DNA of 48,260 bases from Octopus bimaculoides (Eukaryota). The stretch covers positions 53,288,966 through 53,337,225 of the forward strand of contig NC_068991.1 of the NCBI RefSeq assembly GCF_001194135.2, written 5' to 3'. This document shows positions 1-48,260 of the stretch, one piece after another (positions within the stretch are counted from its first letter, which is position 1; every line of letters begins with the position of its first letter). Below the pieces are notes generated by a model, which did not search any database, had not been told where the DNA came from, and saw only the letters and a list, made by a program, of their open reading frames with translations. The position numbers and the translations under genes were made by a program.

Positions 1-131
1 TATATATATATATGTATGTATATATATAGTATATATATATATATATAGTATATATATATATATGTATGTATATATATAGTATATATATATATATAGTATA
101 TATAGTATATATATATATATATATATATATA

Positions 132-164
<33 letters not shown>

Positions 165-195
165 CATACACACACATACTCTATATATATAGATA
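1..195. repeat. Interrupted (TA)n/(CA)n microsatellite
   Basis: Seen directly. Confidence 0.95.
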
Positions 196-1384
196 TAAAC
201 AAAATCTTTAAAAAAAAACAGAATGACACGCACCTTTTGGATGGAAGTTTCCATATTGTGTGTAGGCGCTTTCGCTGTTTACAGCTTTTGAAGCACACAT
301 GTTATGGGGTAATCCGTGTTGAGTGAGTTGTTTTAGAACCGGAGCTGAATATTTCTGGTTTACTTGCAATTTTACCACTCTTATAAATTATTCTTCTTTT
401 GGTTTTCATGGTTGTTTCTTTCTTAGGTACTTCTTTCGTAGTTGTTTCTTTTTTTCCTTTATTTTGAAAAAAGGAAATATTTTGAATTTTCTATCTCCAC
501 AAAAAGGTGAGAAGTGTGTTGTAGAAGTATAAATATTCCTTCAGAGAAAAAAATACCCACGAAACTTACTAAATCATGCCATTACCAAGGCATTCTCTTC
601 TTTTGGAGAAGCCCTCACAATGAGGGCAAAAGCAAAAACAAAAGCATAAATATTCCATTCGTAGTCACCCACAATCCTAGAAACCATAATATCTTACTTT
701 TGGCCAAACAATACCTTCCAATTCTACATCAAGTGTCAAATCTCAAAAAAATTAAAGAATCACAAATTATCAACAGCCAAATCTTAAAAGACTGTTAACA
801 AAGGCAAAATTCACATCAGTTGAAGAAATAGCATTAGTAACAAACTGCAGAAGTCTTCATTGCAAGATGTGTGAAATGAATGTGGCAAGGAACAACCAAA
901 ATATTCAAGAATAGAAAAGAATTGAAGGTTGATTCAAATATGAGTTGCAAAACAAAAAGTTCACATTTATTGCATGCATGCCCACAATGCAGTGAAAACG
1001 ATATCAACCAAATAGGATCAAAATGTATACCTTAGGTAAGGATATATAAAAAACAAATCAAAGAGACATTCTTAGAAATGTCCCATATAGTGAACACTCC
1101 GACATTTGTGCAAATGAAAAAAATCAAAATATTTAATTTTTGCAAAATAAAGCAAGAAAATGATCAACTACGAAAGGCAAAAGAATATTTTATGAGAATT
1201 CAAAGTCCAAAGCTAAACTGGAAATAGTCAATACCACTACTAAGAACAACTTCCTGTATATGGACTACTCCATAACATGTGTCTGAAAAGTGAAAACTCT
1301 TACACACAATAAGAAACTATCCTTCAGAAAGGTTAATGACACTCTATTTTGTTTTTAAAGAATTTTTTTAATATCTTTTCACCT

Positions 1385-1762
1385 TTGTTTCAGACATTCA
1401 ACTTCAGCCATGCTGGGGCACTGCCTTGAAGAATTTTAATTGAATACTTCAATGCCAGTACTTATTATTTTTAAAGCCTAGTACTTAGTCTATCAGTCTC
1501 TTTTGTGGAACAGTTAAGTTATGGAGACAGAAACACATGAACACCAGTTGTCAAGCAGCAAGGGCGGGAAGAGCAGAGAACACAGACACACACATATATA
1601 TATGATGGTCTTTCAGTTTACATCTGACAAATCCACTCACAAGGCTGTGGTTAGCTCCAGGCTAAAGTAGAAGACACTTGCCCAAGGTGCCATATAGTGG
1701 GACTGTACCCAGAACCATGTAGTTAGGAAGCAAACTTCTTATCACACAGCCATGCCTGCACC
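1385..1762 (-). mobile_element. SINE family C (tRNA-like head, internal CA/TA microsatellite, tail)
   Basis: Reverse complement of the layout at 12728-13090. Confidence 0.8.
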
Positions 1763-2320
1763 AATATAATTAATGAGTTTTAATTAAAGAAAATCTTTCT
1801 TCAAATATTGTAACTGTATTGAGAATTCTTGACAAAAACTCTTTACATATACATATATATATATATATATGGTTGGTAAGATGTTGAAGGACAAATAGGT
1901 GATAGGTATATATAATGAGAGCTTGAGCCAAACAAATACCAAAACATTGTCACTGAGTGCAGGATCTACCAAAAATAAAATTTGGCTATAGGCAATATAT
2001 CAGTCAAGCTGAAGTATAACAAAACAAATGCATGAACAGGTTGTCTCAAGGTATCAAATCAATTTATAACATATTGAAGAGAGATGTATAAATATAAGTT
2101 AAAATATAGCAGGAAACTAGGAAGAGTCCAAAAAGTAAAAGGTCATAATGATTTTGGCATAGATAGATACGCTCTAGACTGATGTGAAAAAGAAGTCTTC
2201 AGTGTTGATTTGACTTAGATAGGTATCTGATAATTGCCCCTCGAATGGCCACTGCTGCAGGTATAATTTAATCTATAAATGTATGGTCTGTAACAAAGAA
2301 TAGAATTTCACTAAAATATA

Positions 2321-3181
2321 CGTGGTGTGATCAATAAGTATTCGGAGTGTTGTCATAGTAACGAAGCTAAAGCATGCAGAGTAAAGCTACTTGGCACAGA
2401 TTGACCTTGAACTTTGCTGTGCATGTGCACTAGGTTTTAATGTTCTCACTCACTTCTGCTGTGCTTGGAAGGAAGGTGTGTAGCATGTGATTGTTGCATT
2501 GACCATGACAGAAAGTTGAGCAGAGAATCTGCATCAAATTTTGCAAAGAGCTTGGCAATACCTGCTCAGAGGCCTATGCAAAGTTTTCAAAATGTTTTCA
2601 TCATTCTTGGCACAATCAAGGAGATTTTGTGCAACTGAAACTGGAGTAACTTTTTGGTCAACTGAAAGCAGTTTTGGCACAAACTTGGCAGACACACGTC
2701 TCATACCCAAATCTTCAGTGATAATGGATTGAACTGAACCATAACTAATTTGAAAATTCTCTGATAACTCACGGATTGTGATTCAATGATTTCCCATCAC
2801 AGCTGCACACACATTTGTGATGTTTTTCTCAGTTCTGCTGGTTGCGGGTCTCCAAGAACGTTCATCAATATTGACATTTTTTCGGCCATCTTGGAAATGT
2901 TGGAACCACTTGTGTGCAACTCATACACTTTCTGCAACTTTGCCTAGACCTCTGAGCAGGTACTGTCATCGCAACTTTCTCTGTCATGGTCAATGCAATG
3001 GTCACACACTACACACCTTCCTTCGAAGCACTGCTGTAAACAGCAGAAGTGAGCTAGAATGTTAAAACTTAGTGCACATGCATAACTGAGTTCAAGGTCA
3101 ATTTTTGCCAAGTAGCTTCACTCTACATACTTTAGCTTCGTTACTATGGCAACAGTTTGGATACTTATTTATCAAACCTCA
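2321..3181 (-). mobile_element. Non-autonomous mariner derivative with two inverted 5' ends (fold-back) and a truncated transposase
   Basis: TA flanks at 2319-20 and 3182-83; long inverted arms. Minus strand encodes decayed HKWFQHFQDGRKNVNIDERSWRP...TIRELSENFQISYGSVQSIITEDLGMRRVSAKFVPKLLSVDQK, typical of mariner HTH and linker regions. Confidence 0.85.
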
Positions 3182-3619
3182 TATGTTGGATCTTCAGCTA
3201 ATTTTAAGCATTGATTTTTAGCTCATCATAACTTGTTTACTTATGCAAAACAAAACTTCACCTCATGAGCTAATGAGATACACCATCTCAAGAATAGCAT
3301 TTCCTCACTGATAGCATCAACTAATCAATCATCAAAATGGTTAGGCCTTCTCAGGGTAGCAGAGCACCTTGTAATCTATGCAGTTAGGAATCTATTGAAA
3401 TCTTAAAGCATAATCCTCATTCCCTTTTGAACTGCAAAAGTGAATCTATTACCACTTGCATTCATCAGTTACTCTAAACTTTCTGGTTTTACTGTAGATT
3501 AATATGTTATGCCTAGTCTAGATCTGCATACTTCTTACTATCTGATTAGTAGGGCCTATAATTCCCTCAACTTATTCTTTACCTTATACTTTCAAACATT
3601 ATATCACACTCCGACCTAT

Positions 3620-3910
3620 TTTCATTGGTGTCTTTATTTCTAGGTGCCATGTCCAGAATGTAGGACATAGGTGATCGTGTCCTGTCACAATTCTATTCTT
3701 TGTTTTCTGTAACAGTTACACTTCCTGATGTTTAATGCCTCTTTCTTCCAACCAACTCGTCGAGCTTGACATCCATGCTTCTTTTCCTTTCAATCTTTCT
3801 GGTCATCACTAGCTTCTCCAAGCTATTTCCTCATCATGACCAAGAAATCTGTTACATGACCCTTATCACATAAAGCAGTTTCCTATTTACCACAACTCAG
3901 GTCCTGTTAT
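3620..3910 (-). mobile_element. Decayed RTE/BovB-like LINE ORF2 C-terminal fragment
   Basis: FLGH followed (frameshifted) by LEKLVMTRKIERKRS; cf. FLGH.MR...LE.LV.TG.IEGKRSRGR. Confidence 0.6.
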
Positions 3911-5469
3911 TACTCAACAATCAAGCTCACACTGTCAAATTCCTTCTTAACATTCTTGATTTAATGTCTCAATTAATTTTATAACCAGTATTCTCAACCT
4001 GACAAATACCAGCCATCTTCATGCTAGACAGAACACTTAATGGGGCATCTTATACAAATCCAAATGCCTTCTCTTACCTTATTAGCTCTTTCTTCCCCCT
4101 TTTAAGCTCTAAACATATCTCTCCACCTCATCTCATCTAAACATTTGTCTTGACCAACCACCCAGTACAAAACCTTCACAGATTTGCCATTCTCACTTAT
4201 CTTTTCCTCTCCTACCCACAAGATTCTCCTTTATTCCTTACCTTTCCTGACTTTAAGGCTGTATCAATTCTCATATCTTCCCCACTTCATCCTTACCTTT
4301 TTTCCTTCTCCATACCATCCTCTTAACCACCTCACTCTCACCAATTCTTTCTTTCTATCTTTGTCATTGTCTATCACTGAATACATTTTCATCAATATAT
4401 TTTCCTCTTCCAGTTAGAGAGGTGGATAGATTAATGGCCTATTCTGACATTCTATTTTTCCTGCAGCTAAAGGCATTCTTCTTCTGATGAAGGAATAAGT
4501 TACATAACATAATTTTTTGCTGCACACAATATGCACCAAATATGAACCTATTCTAGAAACAGCTGTAAAATACTACCTACAGACTTCATTTTCATCAATT
4601 GCAGGGTTTTCACCTGTGACAGTATTGATCTTACTTACCCATCTCGGTCAAATCAACATCAAGGAATTTTTTTCTTTCTCATCCTAGAGTGTACTTGTCT
4701 ACACCTGAATCATTATGAACTTTCACCTTTCAGATTTTCGCTGGTTTCCTGCTATATTTTAACATATTAATATATCTCTTCAATATGTTATAAATTTATT
4801 TGATACTTTGAAACTTACCTGTTCAAGCATCTATTCAATTACACACACACACACATATAGATACACACACACACACAATTATCTAGATGCAATAACTGAA
4901 AATTGTATATAATGACTAGAACATGACCTGTATTGATGCCAGGCAAGCATACACTCCAAAATAATCAATCAAAAACTTCAAGAGATTTGGAGTTGCCAAA
5001 AATTTGGTTCAACTGATTTAATTAAATATGCTAAAGGAAGAACTAATTTGTAAGCCACTGGCATGTATCTTGGATCTGTAGCAGTAAATGAAACTCTTTT
5101 TTCTGAATTTCTTATTCATTCCCAACTAAACAATACCAACAAATATCCTGTGTCCAGAAAATTCACTGTAAGAAATTTTGCTGTATTGGAAAATTTGTCA
5201 TATGGGCAATAATAAAGCATATTACATCAGTGCTTTTTAAAATATCAAAAAAAGATGATGAAAGGTTTTATAAAAGCATTGAATAGCCAAGTCTTTTATT
5301 CAATAGCAAACATTGAAAAAAATATGATGAGGTCATTTAAAACAAAATTTCTTACAGAGAATTTTCCTATAACCCAAATATCTATCTATTCAGTGCAGAA
5401 AGGTATAAAACACACACACAAACAGAATGGCTATATTACATGGTAGTGAGACATGGGCTATGACTGCAC

Positions 5470-6780
5470 AGGACATGTATTGACTGGAGAGGATTGAAGG
5501 TGGTATGCTCCATTAGATTTGCAACATCAGTGTACATGACCAACAAAGCACAACTGTTTTGAGAGAAAAGTTATGCACAAGAGGGATTAAATGTAGCATG
5601 TAGGAAAGGAGAATGCGTTGGTTTGGACATGTGATGTTTATGTGTGAAGACAGCTGTATAAAGAAGTGCCTGTCACTGAAAGTAGATGATACCTGTGGAA
5701 GAGGGAGAACCAGGAAGACATGGGATGAAGTGGTGAGGACTGATCTTAGGATACTGGGTTTCATGGAGGAAATGACAATGGACTAAGATATTTGGTGATA
5801 TGAGGTTCTAGAGAAGACCGGTCCACACACTACCTCAAGAAACCAAATTACATCTCTTCTAAACAGCGCTTTTCTTTTCTTCACATTTCCTCTTCATAAA
5901 CTGATTGTCTTCCAATCACCTTTCCTGCCCTCACTGCCCTCTACCCAGGTTTTCACCAGTCACTGCAATCTCCACTCCCTACTTGCACCTTCTTGGCAAC
6001 ACTTGACTGTGCATATTACAACCTTCATACCTCTCCTTTCTTTACTCTACCATACCATCTTTGCTCTGATCCTTGTTTTTTGTGAGTATACCTTGCCACT
6101 TCACCATCTCTCTCCTGCTCTCTCTTACACTTTTTCTGTTTCCTACTCCCTCTATCTTTCCCTCTGGCTGGCTAGCCATGTATCTCCTCTACAGCAGCAC
6201 ACCTATTTCTGCCCTCACTCTTGGTTGCTCTTTCTCTCTCTGGGTAACCATCTACCCCCTCTATAACAAGATACCTATTTCTGCCTCCCTATTTCTCTGT
6301 CACATTAACCTTTCATCATCTGATACTGGACCACCTCCTCTAATGACCCCTCCTTTATAGCAAAACACCTGTTTTTGCCTCCTTGTCTCTTTGTACCCTT
6401 TAACCTTTCATACTCTGACATGAGTTCCCCTCCTCAAATGTCCCTGCCCATTTCATAATTCCTTGTCTTGCAAGTTACTTGGTGACCCTGCCAGTGCTGG
6501 TGCCATGTAAAAAGCATCCAGTCCCCACTGTAAAGTGGTTGGCATTTGGAAGGGCATCCAGCTGTGAAAATCATGTCAAAACTAACCTTGCCTGTGCTAG
6601 TGCCACATAAAAAGCACTGAGTCCTCTTTGCAGAGTGGTTGGTATTAGGAAGGGCATCCAGCTGTAAAAACCCTGCCAAAACACACAGTAGCATAAGGTA
6701 GCTTTTCTACCTGGCCAGCTCCTGTGAACCATCCTACCCATGCATGCATGGAAGATGAACTTAAATGATGATGATGAAAC
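5470..6780 (+). mobile_element. 5'-truncated RTE-clade LINE (ORF2 C-terminus, 3'UTR, (GAT)n tail)
   Basis: LREKL...ERRMRWFGHVM...GRGRTRKTWDEVVRTDLRILG...D*DIW, then a pyrimidine-rich UTR and a tail ending CATGGAAGATGAACTTAAATGATGATGATG. Confidence 0.85.
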
Positions 6781-7528
6781 AAATAGAAACAACATTAATA
6801 ACTTCATTAGCCTATAACACTGTCCAGAGATGTATGTCACTAATAATAAGCGATGAGGAACAGCATCTAATGCATTTTGTTTTCTGATTTTTCTATTAGT
6901 CACCACCACAACCTACAGGCTTCATAAAACTGAGATTGGGTCACAGGGGATAATAAAGCAGTATGCTTACACTATAACATGGTACCCTGTATAATAAATC
7001 ACTGTATGTGATTTATTTAGACAGAATTATAATATATCCAGAGCAAGGAATCAGCATCTCATACCTAGTCTACATGCTATTAACATGCCATAGATCTGCA
7101 CTGTCACAACTAATCTGGAGATAAGCACTGTCAACAACTCATACTAACATATAGAAGACTTTGTTATTAAATAAGATATGCATGAGGTTATTTTGTTTAA
7201 ATCCAGAAGAAAAATGCATCTTTGAATAAATGAATAAGCTTTATACCAGTAAATTCAAATACAGTAAATTCAAGTCTTTGCTTAAGGTTTGAACATATTG
7301 AAGTTCATACAAAATGTCCATCAGCACAGTAATGTTCCCTCCTCATAAAAAAAGTTATAGACATTTGTGATTGGGAGTACTTTCTATAAGTTCAAAGGAA
7401 AACTGAAAAGAATTCTGGGTATTTTTTGCTACCTTTTTGAGTGAACTCAACTGGGTTTTTTTTTTCATTAAGAATCATTGAATATTACAGTAAATAATCT
7501 TCAAAATTACTTGTGTAAATAAAGCCTG

Positions 7529-7625
7529 TGCGAGAGAGAGAGAGAGAGAGGGGGGAGGGAGAGTGAAAGAGAGAAGGGAGGGAAAGAAAGAGTAAAGGAG
7601 GGAAAGAAAGAGGGAGAGAGAGGTC
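7529..7625. repeat. (GA)n / polypurine tract
   Basis: Seen directly. Confidence 0.9.
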
Positions 7626-8187
7626 TTATTATACAGTGAATAAATGACAATGAATGTCCATTTGAAAATATCTGGGCTGAAAAAATATGTTCAGATATAG
7701 AATTTTTTTTATTTTTTTGTTTTGTGCAGTATTTTACAAAATTAAATGTATATTTTGAAAAAAAAAAAATCATCTATTATTTACTTGGCCATTTTCATAC
7801 ACTTTATGCTTTAAATTCATTTAAATCAGTAGAAGTGAATATTTTGAATTATTGTAAAGAAAAAGTAAATCAAAATATCTGAAGCTTGAAAAAAAGCAAA
7901 AAACAGTTCATTGTTGGATGAACACTGTTTGGAGAATTGATTGTTTTTAGTATATTTGATAATGGAAACTCAACTATCTAATTAGCAACAAACTGATGTT
8001 GACTACAGAAGATCTATTTAGTGTTCGAGTTGACAGATTAATATCTGTTCAGTTTGTCCAGTAACTAACAAGAGCAAACTGTTTTTTTTTTTTACCAGAA
8101 GGTTAACAAGTAAAGTAAACATTTTTTCTGTCTAATCAGCAACACTAAAAATGTTTTTTTCATGATTCGTTACATAGAGATAAATCA

Positions 8188-8405
8188 TACACTGGTTTCA
8201 AATTTTGGCACATGGCCAGAAACAGGAGAAGGGATAAGTTGATTACATCAACCCCAGTGCTCAACTGGTACTTATTTTATCAACCCCAAAAGGATGAAAG
8301 GCAAAGTTGACCTTGATGCAATTTGAACTGAGAATGTAAAGATAGACAAAATGCTGCTGAGCATTTTGTCCAGTGTGTAAACGATTCTGCTAGTTCAATG
8401 CCTTA
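8188..8405 (-). mobile_element. tRNA-headed SINE, family A
   Basis: Shares GGTACTTATTTTATCAACCCC-AAAGGATGAAAGGCAAAG..GAC...ATTTGAACT with the other family A copies in the window. Confidence 0.85.
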
Positions 8406-8552
8406 TAGAGAAAAATCATATATTGAGAAACATTTCAAGTGGAAAAAAAAAAAACAAAAGTCAGTTGACTAGTTGATTGGTCTACAAGCAATAATAGGAC
8501 TATAAACTGCCCAACATACCTGAGGACTGGTTAACTGTTCATGGGGTAAAAA

Positions 8553-8558
8553 TTTATT
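8553..8558 (-). promoter_or_regulatory. Candidate polyadenylation signal AATAAA for GYS
   Basis: First minus-strand AATAAA I found 3' of the stop (about 600 nt); the AT-rich context makes chance matches common. Confidence 0.3.
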
Positions 8559-9149
8559 TTCAGTATAATAAATAATATTAACAATCAGGAAATTAAATTT
8601 CAAAAATCTTTTTCACATGGTTTTGATAATTTAGTCATGTTCCAGGTAATTCTGTTGTTATAACAAGAAAAGAATCTAAAAATCAGAGAACATGTTCTAG
8701 GATCACACAGCCAATACCAACAAAATGGTCAACGTTGGATTTAACGATTCCACAAGGAGAAGAAAAAAAACATGAATGAAATTTCTAAAATCATCAAAAA
8801 TCTTTTAAAAAAATTGTTTTGAACAGAAGCAAACAGTTTAAGCAACCATCTCCAGCGAGATATAATCATTTTTGAACTATAATAATTGCTCTTCCTTTCC
8901 ACTGTAACTAGAAATTGGTTGATACAATAAAAAAATAACTGTTGCTTTTGTTAATCGAGGGTTAGAGGAGAAATTGCATACAATAAAAACAATAGTAAAA
9001 GTGCCATAACATAGGAGAATAAAATATTTTCACATCACTAAAATCACTAACATATCTTATATATAATTTCAAACATGATAAAATTTCTTAAGTCCTAATT
9101 AAATTCTAATAGTATCAGACATTTCTTAGTCTTTTGGAAAAAGATATAG

Positions 9150-47354
<38,205 letters not shown>

Positions 47355-47483
47355 CGTGTTTATTATTTTGATAAATCCGTCTCACTGGTCAGGCTGCTGG
47401 AGAACACAACACAGACATGGAACGTTACGTGAAGGTCACCAGAAGCGGAGGTCGACTCGCTTCAAAGGTGAAGGAAACAGTCA

Positions 47484-47512
47484 CACGCATGCGCACTACG
47501 CCCATTTCCGCT
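47484..47512 (-). promoter_or_regulatory. Putative GYS proximal promoter: NRF1-like palindrome plus ETS/E2F-like GCGGAAA
   Basis: Minus strand reads TGCGCATGCGTG (47484-47495), close to the NRF1 consensus YGCGCAYGCGCR; GCGGAAAT lies just upstream; about 130 nt 5' of the ATG in CpG-retaining DNA. Confidence 0.45.
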
Positions 47513-48194
47513 ATAATTCCATCTGCGACTTAACTTGCGAAATCTTTGAATTTTGGATTTCTTTTAATGCTTTACTTTCTTTCACGTCTTCAGATTACTC
47601 TAATATATTTCTCTGTAGTATTTTATTATTATTATTACAGAAGATATTAAAATTATGGAGTTGATTAAATGTATTTATCTTCCAATATTTCCAGAAAATT
47701 TACCATCTTAGAGTCTTACATTCTGACATAAATATAAATATGCAAACGGGTTCTATATGAATTCCACGTTTTATAAATTTTATTATTCTTGATTTCAGGC
47801 ATAAAACTTCATAATATATTATATCTTCATTAGTTATATCTTCATAACATTGTGTCATCATGTGGAAGAGGCTAAAATTTTACTGACGTATAGTTAAATG
47901 TTATTACACATAACTCGGCAAATATAAATTTAAACCCTATTTGAAGATCATTTAATAAAACTTGACTATTCTGGTGTAACTCATGACCTCACAGAATACA
48001 AGATTTAGCACAAGGAATCTCACGGTACACACTGCTTTTCGTGGCAGTCTGTCTACGTCGCTTCCCTCGTTCGCTAATCTGTATTACCTTGACCTCAATA
48101 TGCAGTCATTTTCGAGATAACTATAACGATCCAAGGCTGAATAGTAGCTTCTTTCATACTATTTTGGGGAGCTTGTTTCCCCACCCCTCTCTGT

Positions 48195-48196
48195 TC

Positions 48197-48229
<33 letters not shown>

Positions 48230-48260
48230 GTGTGTGTATGTACATATATATATATATATA
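48195..48260. repeat. (TG)n/(TA)n microsatellite
   Basis: Seen directly. Confidence 0.95.

Noticed and set aside
66-798. ORF-track calls in microsatellite and AT-rich DNA (and similar YI/HT/CV/SL-repeat ORFs throughout)
   Set aside because: Translations of simple repeats or N runs with no protein-like composition.
3990-4420. Possible LINE endonuclease remnant (and a similar purine-rich tract at 43900-44500)
   Set aside because: Only weak, frameshifted motif resemblance; not supportable.

Overview
AT-rich animal genomic DNA, probably a coleoid cephalopod such as Octopus (inferred from repeat style and (TA)/(CA)/(GAT) microsatellite density, not proven). One complete spliced gene dominates the window: glycogen synthase (GYS, GT3 family) on the minus strand. 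I traced 15 coding exons by hand from ATG 47354 to TAA 9150; all introns are GT-AG with consistent phases, giving a 2121-nt CDS (706 aa). Apart from six ORFs overlapping GYS exons and a few falling in TE fragments, the supplied ORF track is noise. Introns and the 3' flank are packed with decayed mobile DNA: several tRNA-headed SINE families, RTE/CR1/CRE LINE fragments, Tc1/mariner, hAT, Merlin and Helitron remnants, hairpin MITEs and piggyBac-like MITEs. There are two N gaps. The best leads are: (1) an inverted pair of young SINEs hugging exon 3 and exon 12, the classic back-splicing geometry, which would give a 1416-nt in-frame, stop-free circle; (2) two degenerate minimal hammerhead-ribozyme motifs, sense in intron 1; (3) an orphan diverged 5.8S rRNA copy in intron 1; (4) a fold-back mariner made of two 5' ends; (5) a Helitron/Merlin composite. 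None is proven without RNA data or database searches. Repeat boundaries are approximate.
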